A stretch of 64,000 bases of DNA from Chloroflexota bacterium. Lineage in GTDB: Bacteria; Chloroflexota; UBA11872; VXOZ01. Below are positions 29,718 through 38,817 of the stretch, in pieces (the first letter of the stretch is position 1; each line of letters begins with the position of its first letter). Below the pieces are notes generated by a model, which saw only the letters and a list, made by a program, of their open reading frames with translations, did not search any database and was not told where the DNA came from. Made by a program: the position numbers and the translations under genes. The stretch lies in NCBI GenBank assembly GCA_963663275.1, contig OY760183.1, forward strand, positions 2,304,001-2,368,000. The letters are read 5' to 3'.

Positions 29718-30182
29718 ATGGCGGAGCAGCATATGCTGACGCCTCAAGGCAGAGACAATCTTCTCCACGAACTGGAGGAGCTCAAGGCCGTGCGGCGTCC
29801 TGAAATCAGGAAGCGGATCCACGAGGCCATGGAATTTGGCGGGGATCTCTCCGACATGGGCGAGTACAACGAGGCGAAGCAAGAGCAGGCCTTCGTGGAA
29901 GGCCGCATCATCGAAATCGAGCACATCCTCCGCGACGCGGTGGTCTCCGAACACCACGCCAGCGCCGAAGTAGACTTGGGCGCGACGGTGGTGGTGATGG
30001 ATGAGGACGGCAAGAGCGAGACGTTTACCATCGTCGGCGCGCCGGAAGCCGACCCGCTGGAGAACCGCATCTCCAACGAGAGCCCCGTGGGCCATGCGCT
30101 GATGGGCCACCGCATCGGTGAAGAGGTTACCGTCGAGGTACCGGCCGGCACGCTGACGTATACGATTCAAGAGGTGAAGTAG
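29718..30182 (+). CDS. greA: Transcription elongation factor GreA
   Basis: GGDLSDMGEYNEAKQEQ, IVGAPEADP..RISNESPVGHAL. Confidence 0.96.
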   Translation: MAEQHMLTPQGRDNLLHELEELKAVRRPEIRKRIHEAMEFGGDLSDMGEYNEAKQEQAFVEGRIIEIEHILRDAVVSEHHASAEVDLGATVVVMDEDGKSETFTIVGAPEADPLENRISNESPVGHALMGHRIGEEVTVEVPAGTLTYTIQEVK

Positions 30183-30184
30183 CC

Positions 30185-31690
30185 ACGGAATCGTCTGACT
30201 TCGCCAATGCCGCAGACCGTTCGCGCAGTTCGGCAGTTGACTTTCGGCTCCGCAAGCTCGAAGCCTTGCGCGCTCAGGGCATAGAGCCGTATCCTCTCCG
30301 TTTCGACCGCACCCATACGGCGCAAGAGGCGCTCGACCGCTTCGACGAAATTGCCGCCTCGGGGGAGACCGTACGCCTCGCCGGCCGCATTCTCACCGCC
30401 CGCAAGATGGGCAAGGCCTCATTCGTCCACGTCGGCGACGCCTCCGGCCGCATTCAACTCTACCTGCGCCTCGATTCCGTGGGCGCGGAGTCGTATGCGA
30501 ACTTCAAGGACTTGTACGACCTCGGCGACATCGTAGGCGCTGAAGGGACGCTCTTCCGCACGCGCACCGGCGAGCGGTCGCTCGAGGCGCGCCGCATCGT
30601 CATGCTGTCCAAGGCGCTGCAAAATCCGCCGGAAAAGTACCACGGCCTGCGGGATACGGAAACCCGCCTGCGCCGCCGCTACCTGGATATGGCGGCAAAT
30701 GAGGACGTGCGGCAGACGTTCGCGGCGCGCAGCCGCGTGGTGCGTGAGGTGCGGACCTTCTTCGACGCCCGGGATTTCCTCGAAGTCGAAACGCCGGTCT
30801 TGCAGCCCCTCTACGGCGGGGCGTTCGCCCGGCCGTTCATAACCCACCACAACGCGCTCGACCAGGACTTCTACCTGCGCATCGCCACGGAACTCTACCT
30901 CAAACGCTGCCTCATCGGCGGCTTCGAGCGCGTCTATGAGATCGGCCGCACCTTCCGCAACGAGGGCATGGACCGGGACCACAATCCCGAATTCACCATG
31001 CTGGAAGCCTACCAGGCGTACGCCGATTACTCGGATATGATGAGTGTGCTTGAAGAGCTTTACCACGCCGTTGCGCTTGCCGTGCACGGCTCGCCTGAGG
31101 TTCCGTATGGCGATCACGTGCTGGACTTCACGCCGCCCTGGCAGCGCATACGGCTGCACGAGGCCATCGAGACCGCTACCGGCATCGATGTCTACGCCCA
31201 TCCGGAGACGGACGCCCTGCTCGCTCAGGTGCAAGCACGGGGCATTGGCGTGCCGGAACGGGTCACGTGGGCTACACTAGTGGATGAACTGCTGGCGGAA
31301 TGCGTGGAGCCGACACTCGTGCAGCCGACACTCCTACTCGATTATCCGGTGGCGCTTTCGCCGCTGGCCAAGCGGCGGGAGGACGACCCCCGTCTCGTGG
31401 AGCGGTTCGAGGCGTTCGTGGGCGGCCTGGAGATTGCCAACGCCTTTAGCGAATTGAACGATCCGCTGGATCAGCGCGCCCGCTTCGAGGAACAAGCGCG
31501 AGAACGCGCCGCCGGCGACGAAGAGGCGCAGCCCCTGGACGAGGATTTTCTGCTCGCCCTGGAATACGGTATGCCGCCGACCGGGGGAATCGGCATCGGC
31601 ATCGACCGCATGGCGATGCTCTTTACCAACAGCGCCTCGATTCGCGACGTGATTCTCTTTCCGCCTGTGCGCACCCGGGAGGACGAATGA
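30185..31690 (+). CDS. lysS: Lysine-tRNA ligase, class II (proposed ACG start; first canonical start TTG 30266)
   Basis: GKASF, PEKYHGL, RRRYLD, EVETP, YLRIATELYLKR, FRNEG, HNPEFT, YGMPPTGG.GIGIDR. Confidence 0.96.
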   Translation, partial: TESSDFANAADRSRSSAVDFRLRKLEALRAQGIEPYPLRFDRTHTAQEALDRFDEIAASGETVRLAGRILTARKMGKASFVHVGDASGRIQLYLRLDSVGAESYANFKDLYDLGDIVGAEGTLFRTRTGERSLEARRIVMLSKALQNPPEKYHGLRDTETRLRRRYLDMAANEDVRQTFAARSRVVREVRTFFDARDFLEVETPVLQPLYGGAFARPFITHHNALDQDFYLRIATELYLKRCLIGGFERVYEIGRTFRNEGMDRDHNPEFTMLEAYQAYADYSDMMSVLEELYHAVALAVHGSPEVPYGDHVLDFTPPWQRIRLHEAIETATGIDVYAHPETDALLAQVQARGIGVPERVTWATLVDELLAECVEPTLVQPTLLLDYPVALSPLAKRREDDPRLVERFEAFVGGLEIANAFSELNDPLDQRARFEEQARERAAGDEEAQPLDEDFLLALEYGMPPTGGIGIGIDRMAMLFTNSASIRDVILFPPVRTREDE

Positions 31691-32973
31691 TGCTCAACAT
31701 ACGCCGCATCCGTGAGCAACCGGAGGAAGTAAAGGCCGGCCTGGCGCGGCGTGGGGAAGATGCCGGTAGTATTGATCAGCTTGTCGCGTGGGACGCTGAG
31801 CGTCGCGCGCTGCTGCAAGAGAGCGAAACGCTGAAAGCGGAACGCAATCGCGCTTCGAAGCAATTCGGCGCTGCCCAGGACAAAGAAGCGCTGAGCGCCC
31901 TGCGCGAGCGGATGCGCGCGGTCGGCCAGCGCATCAAGACCCTCGATAGCAACGTAGCGGCAATTGAAGAGCGCATCACGGCGGCGGTACTGGAAGTTCC
32001 CAACGTCCCCCACGGCAGCGTGCCCGCCGGAACGACCGAGGAAGAGAATGTCGTGCACTCGGAGTGGGGGGCGCGTCCGCAGTTTGCCTTTGAACCGCAA
32101 GCCCACTGGGACATCGGCGCAACGCTGGATGTTCTCGATTTTCCCCGGGGCGCGAAGATCGCCGGCGCGCAATTCGCGCTGTTCAAAGGCGACGGCTCCC
32201 GCTTGCTGCGCGCGCTGGGTAGCTGGATGCTCGACTTGCACGTGCAGCAGCATGGCTACGTTGAGGTCTGGCCGCCATTTGTCGTGCGGCGCGAGGTCAT
32301 CACGGGCACCGGGCAACTCCCCAAGTTCGAGGAGGACATGTATCGGACGGAACCGGACGACCTCTTTCTGGCGCCGACCGCCGAGGTGCCGGTGACGAAC
32401 ATCCACCGCGACGAGATCCTCGATGCCGACGCGCTGCCGCTCAAGTACACCGCCTACACGCCCTGCTTCCGGCGCGAGGCCGGCGCGGCGGGCAAGGACA
32501 CCCGCGGTTTGCTGCGCCTCCATCAGTTTGAAAAGGTGGAGATGGTCAAGTTCGTGAGGCCGGAGACTTCGTACGACGAGCTTGAGACTCTGCGCGCCGA
32601 CGCGGAGGAAGTCTTGCAACAGCTTGAACTGCCGTACCGCGTGGTGGAACTCTGCGGCGGCGAGCTAGGCTTTGCCGCGGCCAAGTGCTACGACCTAGAG
32701 GTCTGGTGCCCGGGCATCGAGAAGTGGCAGGAGGTTTCCTCGTGTTCCAACTTCGAGGACTTCCAAGCGCGCCGCATCAACGTCCGTTACCGCCCCGGCC
32801 CCCAGGCGCGCCCGGAATTCGTCCACACCCTCAACGGCTCCGGTCTGGCCTTCTCGGCCCGTCTCTACGCCGCCGTGTTGGAGAATAACCAGCAGTCAGA
32901 CGGCAGCGTGGTCATACCGGAAGTTCTGCGGCCCTATCTGGGCGGCATGGAGCGGCTGGCGCCTTCCGCTTGA
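31687..32973 (+). CDS. serS: Serine-tRNA ligase
   Basis: TGQLPKF, PTAEVP, CFRREAG, RLHQFEKVE, EVSSCSN, HTLNGSGLA. Confidence 0.97.
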   Translation: MMLNIRRIREQPEEVKAGLARRGEDAGSIDQLVAWDAERRALLQESETLKAERNRASKQFGAAQDKEALSALRERMRAVGQRIKTLDSNVAAIEERITAAVLEVPNVPHGSVPAGTTEEENVVHSEWGARPQFAFEPQAHWDIGATLDVLDFPRGAKIAGAQFALFKGDGSRLLRALGSWMLDLHVQQHGYVEVWPPFVVRREVITGTGQLPKFEEDMYRTEPDDLFLAPTAEVPVTNIHRDEILDADALPLKYTAYTPCFRREAGAAGKDTRGLLRLHQFEKVEMVKFVRPETSYDELETLRADAEEVLQQLELPYRVVELCGGELGFAAAKCYDLEVWCPGIEKWQEVSSCSNFEDFQARRINVRYRPGPQARPEFVHTLNGSGLAFSARLYAAVLENNQQSDGSVVIPEVLRPYLGGMERLAPSA

Positions 32974-32989
32974 GTAGACGCTTCGTTAC

Positions 32990-34348
32990 CTACTCGTCGC
33001 TCGGCCAACGCCGAAGGTTAACCCGGGATTGCTCCGTACTGAGCGCCGCGAGTTCTTGGAGATAGCGCGCATGGAGCCGTTGGGCGATATCCGGATTATC
33101 CCCAATCACATTCCGCTCCTCGCCCGCGTCCGCTGCCAGGTTATAGAGTTCGGCACACTCCAGGCCGCGATTGCCGGGATCCATGAGCGTCCATTTCCCA
33201 TCGTTGACCGTGCTGTACACCAGCGTTTCTTCGTCCCTCGGCAACAGCGGCGAACTGATGGCGGCGTCGCGGTGGGTGTCGGTGTCGCCGCGCAGCACGG
33301 GAACCAGCGAACGACCGTGCAGCCCATCCGGCAGCGGCACGCCGGCCAATTCCAAGACCGTCGGCATCACGTCAATCGCCTGCACGAGCGCATCGGTACG
33401 CCGCGCCGCCACGCCCGGCACGTGCGCGAGCAGCGGTACCCGCGACACCTCCCGGTACATCGGCCAGCCCTGTTTGGGTTCCAGCACCGTGTGTTTGCCG
33501 ATGTAACCGTGTTCGCCGATATAGAAGCCGTGGTCGGCGTTGAAGACGATCAGCGTGTCGTCCCACAGGTCGAGGTGCTTGACCCGTTCGATGAAGTGGC
33601 CGAACCAGGTATCCGTCAGCGACACCGAACCGGCATAGAGCGCGCGGGCGTGATTGAGTTCCGGCTCAGTCAGGTAGTCGCAGCGGTCGTAGCGCGGCCA
33701 GAAGATCTTTTCGCCCTCGTAGCCGGGATCGTACATGTCGGTGTAATGCTGCGGCGGATCCCAAGGCTCGTGGGGTGTGAAGGTATCGACGTAGAGGAAG
33801 AACTTCTCGTGGGTGTAGTTGCGCTCCAGCCAATCGGCTGCCTGTGAGAAGGTCTGCGCCACGAAGTGTTCGCGCTCATGCGTGCGGTAGTAGACGTTCT
33901 TGAGGTAGATCACGGCCTTGTCGGGCATGCGAATCTTCTCCGGCGCGCACGGCAGTTCAACCGGCACCGGATCGGTGATGTACGGCTCGCCGGCTTGGCC
34001 GCGCACCGCTTGCCAGCCGTCGAAGCCCGCGTGAAAGTTCATGCCCGGTCGAAAGAGTTGCACGTGGTCCACCACCATCTGGTTGACGTATCCCTCGCGC
34101 CCCAGCAGCGTAGCCAAGGTCTCCTCTCCCGCCGCCAGCGGCGCCCAACCGCGCGTTTGATAGACATAATGTCCCGCAAGCAGGTCCGTGCGGTGCGGGA
34201 TGGTGGGAAATGAACCCACGTAGGCATTGTCGAAATTGACGCACTGTGCCGCAAACGCATCCAGATGGGGCGTGCGAATAGCCGGATTGCCGTTCGCGCC
34301 AATGTGGTCGTACCGGAAGGTGTCGGAAACAATCAGAATGATGTTCAT
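32990..34348 (-). CDS. Sulfatase / alkaline-phosphatase-superfamily hydrolase
   Basis: NIILIVSDTFRYD, TPHLD, PTIPHR, PHEPWDPP, ADHG..IGEH, ELYNL. Confidence 0.9.
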   Translation of the reverse strand: MNIILIVSDTFRYDHIGANGNPAIRTPHLDAFAAQCVNFDNAYVGSFPTIPHRTDLLAGHYVYQTRGWAPLAAGEETLATLLGREGYVNQMVVDHVQLFRPGMNFHAGFDGWQAVRGQAGEPYITDPVPVELPCAPEKIRMPDKAVIYLKNVYYRTHEREHFVAQTFSQAADWLERNYTHEKFFLYVDTFTPHEPWDPPQHYTDMYDPGYEGEKIFWPRYDRCDYLTEPELNHARALYAGSVSLTDTWFGHFIERVKHLDLWDDTLIVFNADHGFYIGEHGYIGKHTVLEPKQGWPMYREVSRVPLLAHVPGVAARRTDALVQAIDVMPTVLELAGVPLPDGLHGRSLVPVLRGDTDTHRDAAISSPLLPRDEETLVYSTVNDGKWTLMDPGNRGLECAELYNLAADAGEERNVIGDNPDIAQRLHARYLQELAALSTEQSRVNLRRWPSDE

Positions 34349-34507
34349 GCCTGCTCCTCACGGTCTTCATGAAACGCTCGGCGTGGCGCCGAATCCGCTC
34401 TTGAGTCTTCTCTCGTAGACTGCGCGGCCGCACACGCCAGTCCCGTATCAGCCATCAACTGCAAATCATGGTATCCTAGACCCGCGAATCACTCAATGGC
34501 AGATTAA

Positions 34508-34850
34508 CGTAGCGCGGGGGCTTGTCCCCCGCCTCCTGGCAGGATAGCGTAGCGCGGGGGCTTGTCCCCCGCCTCTTGGCAGGATAGCGTAGCGCGGGGG
34601 CTTGTCCCCCGCCGCCTGGCAGGTAACCGTAGCGCGGGGGCTCGTCCCCCGCCGCCTGGCAGGGCAGCGTAGCGCGGGGGCTCGTCCCCCGCCTCCTGGC
34701 AGGATAGCGTAGCGCGGGGGCTTGTCCCCCGCCTCTTGGCAGGATAGCGTAGCGCGGGGGCTTGTCCCCCGCCGCCTGGCAGGTAACCGTAGCGCGGGGG
34801 CTTGTCCCCAATACTGTCGCATTAACGTAGCGCGGGGGCTTGTCCCCCGC
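34508..34850 (+). repeat. Tandem array of GTAG-type REP hairpins, 40-bp period (9 units)
   Basis: cgtagcgcgggggctYgtcccccgc at 34508, 34548, 34588, 34628, 34668, 34708, 34748, 34788 (truncated) and 34826. Confidence 0.95.
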
Positions 34851-34895
34851 CGGAACAAGAAAAATGAGAACGGAATGGATTGACCTTACGGAAGA

Positions 34896-34921
34896 CGCAG
34901 GTTACAAACCTGCGCTACCGG
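34896..34921 (-). repeat. Second GTAG REP family (ccggtagcgcaggtttgtaacctgcg)
   Basis: Reverse-complement copy; other copies at 43506, 43565, 53073 and 53118. Confidence 0.85.
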
Positions 34922-34969
34922 AGAAACGAGCGTTGTTTTCACTCTCATTGTGTTTAATGCGACAGCATT

Positions 34970-35145
34970 GGGGCTTGTCCCCCGCCGCCTGGCAGGGCAG
35001 CGTAGCGCAGGGGCTTGTCCCCCGCCTCTTGGCAGGATAGCGTAGCGCGGGGGCTTGTCCCCCGCCGCCTGGCAGGGCAGCGTAGCGCAGGGGCTTGTCC
35101 CCCGCCGCCTGGCAGGGCAGCGTAGCGCGGGGGCTTGTCCCCCGC
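34970..35145 (+). repeat. Second tandem array of the 40-bp REP unit (5 units)
   Basis: Units at 34970 (partial), 35001, 35041, 35081 and 35121. Confidence 0.95.
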
Positions 35146-35224
35146 CTCCGGCTTGCGACGCGCACGACTTGCCGGAATATGACCAAAACCGCCCCAAGAC
35201 GATACTGTCGTGAAAGGCAACGCA

Positions 35225-36103
35225 GTGGCCGACATTCAAATTGGCATTCAAGCCAACGCGTGGCTCCGCGAATTCCCAATCGCGGAGAACCTTGATAGCG
35301 TGCTTCAACAAATCGCGGAATCCGGCTACAGCGGAGTCGAGATTGGCTACCACTTCCTGGCGGGAGGACGATTCAACGCCTTGCGCCCCGGCGGCGCGCC
35401 GCCGGCCGGCGACAGCGAAGAGACGACGATGCCGGATCCACAAGAGGTAGGCGCGCTCATCGCGAGTCATGGTCTTGTACTGGCGGCTCTACACACCGGC
35501 GGCGTCTTCTACGAGGATGAGACGGCCCGGGCGCAGACGCTGCCCAATCTGGAAATCATCGCCGCCTTTGCCCAAGCCATCGGCTGCCGCAACGTCCTCA
35601 TCAGTCCCGGCGCCAAGCCGGGAGCGGCAAAGACTGCCCAAGAACTCGAGACGCAGAACCGGTTCCTGCAAGCAGCCTGCGCGCTCTTCGCGAACCACGG
35701 CGCGCACTGCTTCCATCACACGCACGGGCCGGAGCTCGAGGACGACTTCCGCGAAATGCGGCAGATCCTCGAACTGGACCCGGCGCACATCAGTTTGGCG
35801 TATGATATTGCCAATGCCGCCCGCGTTATCGGGCCGCAAGCTGCCGTGGACTTCATCGGCGCTTTTCGCTCCCGCATTGGCTACGTGCACTATAAGGACT
35901 GCCGCGCCGACGGCGTGTTGGTCGAGGCCATCGGCGACGGCGCGATTGATTGGCAGGAGGTGGCGCGCCTCCTAACCAGCACAGATTACGGCGGCTGGGT
36001 GGTGGTGGAGATCGAGCCGGGGCACGGCATGGAGGCGCACCGCTCGGTCAAGGAGGATGCGGCTCTGAGCCGGCAGCGCATCCGCGAGACTCTCGGCGTG
36101 TAG
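35225..36103 (+). CDS. Sugar phosphate isomerase/epimerase (IolE-like TIM barrel)
   Basis: GYSGVE, HHTH, YDIAN, YVHYKD, GDGAIDW, YGGWVVVE. Confidence 0.85.
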   Translation: MADIQIGIQANAWLREFPIAENLDSVLQQIAESGYSGVEIGYHFLAGGRFNALRPGGAPPAGDSEETTMPDPQEVGALIASHGLVLAALHTGGVFYEDETARAQTLPNLEIIAAFAQAIGCRNVLISPGAKPGAAKTAQELETQNRFLQAACALFANHGAHCFHHTHGPELEDDFREMRQILELDPAHISLAYDIANAARVIGPQAAVDFIGAFRSRIGYVHYKDCRADGVLVEAIGDGAIDWQEVARLLTSTDYGGWVVVEIEPGHGMEAHRSVKEDAALSRQRIRETLGV

Positions 36104-36117
36104 CCAGGCAGGGCGCA

Positions 36118-36939
36118 ATGGCATACCGACGGTTCATCGACGCGCACGTGCACTATCCGCAGGCCGCGTTCGACCCCACCGGCTCGCAGATTCCGGTGGA
36201 TCGCCAGCTTGAAGACCTGCTGGCGATGGAGCGCGCGCTGGGCTGCCGGCGGCTGTGCCTGCTCTCCACCGGAAACCCGCCCACCCACGAGGCGGTGGCG
36301 CGTCTGATAGCGGAATTTCCCGATTTCGTCGTTGGCTTTGGCTACGTCCGCCTTGGGGTTGACGCGCCAAACGTTGTCGATAAACTCGGTGACATGGGTT
36401 TTCGCGGCCTCAAGACGATCAGCCCAACCGACAATTACGACAGCAAGGCCTTCTATCCGATCTACGAGCGTGCCGAAGCGCGGCAGATGCCGTTCCTGTT
36501 TCACACCGGTCAACTCTTTCGCGCCCCGGGCAGCGGCTCCCGCGCCGAGGACGTGAGCACCGCCCGCATGATGCCCTGGATGCTCGATCCGATCGCCCGC
36601 GCCTTTCCCAAGCTCACGCTCATCGGCGCGCACCTCGGCTCGCCGTCGTTTGCCGAGGCCGCGTGGGTGGCGCGCTGGAATGAAAACGTCTACTGGGACC
36701 TGAGCGGCCCGATCACGATTCGCTACGGCAACCGCGCCATCGTGCACGACATGATGTACCAGGCGGTGGCGGGCGCGGGCATCGCCCACAAACTGGTGTT
36801 CGGCTCCGACGTGACGCCGCCGGAGATCCCAGACGTGGTTATCGCCTACGATGCGTTTCTGGACCGCCTTGGCGCCGATTCCCTGGACAAAGACCAAGTG
36901 TTCTACGGCAACATGGCGCGCATCCTCGGCTTAGAGTGA
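36118..36939 (+). CDS. Amidohydrolase-2 family protein
   Basis: IDAHVH, GFRGLK, FHTG, GAHLG, WDLSG, FGSD, GNMARILGL. Confidence 0.88.
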   Translation: MAYRRFIDAHVHYPQAAFDPTGSQIPVDRQLEDLLAMERALGCRRLCLLSTGNPPTHEAVARLIAEFPDFVVGFGYVRLGVDAPNVVDKLGDMGFRGLKTISPTDNYDSKAFYPIYERAEARQMPFLFHTGQLFRAPGSGSRAEDVSTARMMPWMLDPIARAFPKLTLIGAHLGSPSFAEAAWVARWNENVYWDLSGPITIRYGNRAIVHDMMYQAVAGAGIAHKLVFGSDVTPPEIPDVVIAYDAFLDRLGADSLDKDQVFYGNMARILGLE

Positions 36940-37769
36940 GCGAGCAGTCTATGACCGATTACGCCTTCGCGGACATTCCCATGCTGGAGCGGCCCGGCAA
37001 GCCCCGGGCGGCCGGCCAGACGATGATGATCGACTTCGGGCTGGGCCTGCGCCAGCAGGAGGACATCCTTCAGCTTACGGGCGCATACATCGATTCCGCC
37101 AAACTTGCGGTAGGTGTCGCCCGGCTCCTGCCGCGCGAACTCGTGAGGCGCAAGATCATGCTCTACCAAACGTACGATGTACTGCCGTATCCTGGGGGGC
37201 AGTTCCTGGAGTACGCGGTGCTTTGCGGGAGCGTGGACGCCTATCTGGCGGAAGCGCGGGCGCTTGGCTTCCCGGCAATCGAGGTTTCCGACAATCTCCT
37301 CTCGATCACGCTGGATGACAAGCGGGCCCTCATTGCGAAGGCAAGAGAAGTGTACGGCCTGGAGGTCTTTGGCGAAGTGGGCAAGAAAGAGGGTCTGGAC
37401 GTCACCGTCAGCCTGGAAGACGACATTCGCGCCTGCCTGGCGGCCGGCAGCGGTAAGGTGCTCATCGAAGCGGCGGAAATCTTTTCCCATGGGCGCGACA
37501 GGACCGCGGTGACGGGCCTCAAGGAGGCGGCGCCGCTTGAAAAGCTCATGTTCGAGCTTACGGGCCCGTGGATCGACGGCACGGCGTACGCCGAGCCGGA
37601 CACACTCGCGCGCTGGCTGATGGAGACCTTCGGCCCCAACGTGAACATCGGCAACGTCCAGCCGGACAGCCTGCTGCGCATAGAGACCGCGCGCAGGGGC
37701 CTGGGCGTGAACGCGGGCGGCGAACTTCCCGATGGACTATCTCGCGGGAATGCCGCTCAAGAGGACTGA
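36936..37769 (+). CDS. comA: Phosphosulfolactate synthase (ComA) family
   Basis: KPRAAGQTMMIDFG, YIDSAKL, PGGQFLE, IEVSD, GEVGKK, VLIEA, FGPNVNIGN..RIETARRGL. Confidence 0.85.
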   Translation: MSEQSMTDYAFADIPMLERPGKPRAAGQTMMIDFGLGLRQQEDILQLTGAYIDSAKLAVGVARLLPRELVRRKIMLYQTYDVLPYPGGQFLEYAVLCGSVDAYLAEARALGFPAIEVSDNLLSITLDDKRALIAKAREVYGLEVFGEVGKKEGLDVTVSLEDDIRACLAAGSGKVLIEAAEIFSHGRDRTAVTGLKEAAPLEKLMFELTGPWIDGTAYAEPDTLARWLMETFGPNVNIGNVQPDSLLRIETARRGLGVNAGGELPDGLSRGNAAQED

Positions 37770-37854
37770 CGATGAACGAAGAAGAGGCGCCGCTCCCGGT
37801 CACCGGCGCCTTTGTCCGGAAGCCGCGGCGCTAGCCCAAGGCGCAGCACCCTAA

Positions 37855-37996
37855 GGGAAATCTTGCATTACTCCGTCATTTCGGCGAAAGCCGGATTCCA
37901 GGACGCAACTATAACTAGAATTAGCTTGAAGTCAAGCCAATTCACCCCCATCCCAACTTTCCCCCTCAATGGGGAAGGGGTTATGCAAGGGTCTCC
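37855..37996. mobile_element. Non-autonomous MITE-like element with IS5-like imperfect TIRs and TAA direct repeats
   Basis: taa|gggaaatcttgcatta ... ttatgcaagggtctcc|taa (11/16 TIR match), enclosing two different palindromic REP cores. Confidence 0.55.
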
Positions 37997-38817
37997 TAAG
38001 TTAGACCCCCATCCAGCAGCGCGGGCAGGTCCGTAAGCGCGGCAATCTGCCGCGTTCCCGCCGGCAGCGGCTCATCGTCGCGGTTGAGCAGGACTGCGAA
38101 GAGTCCCGCCTGCCGCGCGCCGTGGTAATCGTTGCGCACGTCGTCACCGACGTAGACGGCGTGCTCCGGTTTTGCCCCAAGCCGCTCGAGGGCCGCGTGG
38201 AAGATGACTGGGTCCGGCTTGGTAACCCCTATGTCGGCCGAGGAGACCACCACGCTGAACCAGTGCCTCAAGTCGAGTTGCTCCAGGTAGTCGTCCAGCA
38301 TCGCGTTGAAGTTGCTCACCACGCCCAGCGTCAGCCCGCGCGCGCGCAATGTGGCGAGCGCCGGCTCCACGTCGGGAAAGACCACGAAGGGAAAGAGGGC
38401 GAGCAGGTGCTGGCGCATGCGCTCCCGTGGAAACTGTGTGAGCGCAAGTTCCGCCAGCACGAGATCGCTCACGTCATCTTCCAGTTGCCGCAGTTCGCGC
38501 TCGTTCCGAATGAATGGGAAACGCTTCTGGTAGACGGCAATCTCCGCGTAGAGCGCCTGTTCCGCGCGCTCCGGCGCCACGCGCACGCCGTCTGCCGCCA
38601 GGAGTTGGCAAAGCTGCGCCGCCGGTGAACCGAATGCAACCGGCGCGAACAGCGTGCCGTATGCGTCCAGCAAGACAAGCGGCCGCCGCTTGCTAATCGC
38701 AGGCTCCCGCAGGCGGGCGCTTGGCGCAGCGCCGCCGGCGGCGTCGGGCGCACTCATCGCTTTCACGGCTGCAATCCTTCGCGCTTGCCGGCCGTCCGGC
38801 TGGGATTTACTCATCAT
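37996..38817 (-). CDS. HAD-IA family hydrolase
   Basis: LLDAYGTL, VVSNF, KPDPVIF, YVGDD..NDY.GA. Start uncertain. Confidence 0.88.
   Translation of the reverse strand: MMSKSQPDGRQARRIAAVKAMSAPDAAGGAAPSARLREPAISKRRPLVLLDAYGTLFAPVAFGSPAAQLCQLLAADGVRVAPERAEQALYAEIAVYQKRFPFIRNERELRQLEDDVSDLVLAELALTQFPRERMRQHLLALFPFVVFPDVEPALATLRARGLTLGVVSNFNAMLDDYLEQLDLRHWFSVVVSSADIGVTKPDPVIFHAALERLGAKPEHAVYVGDDVRNDYHGARQAGLFAVLLNRDDEPLPAGTRQIAALTDLPALLDGGLT

Noticed and set aside
34508-35145. CRISPR array
   Set aside because: The 15-nt spacers are four recurring near-identical variants, not unique; no cas genes; the unit recurs as a dispersed REP at 45.85 kb.
34476-35470. Repetitive-peptide ORFs on the minus strand
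   Set aside because: They arise because that strand of the 40-bp unit lacks stop codons; no SD and the frames overlap each other.
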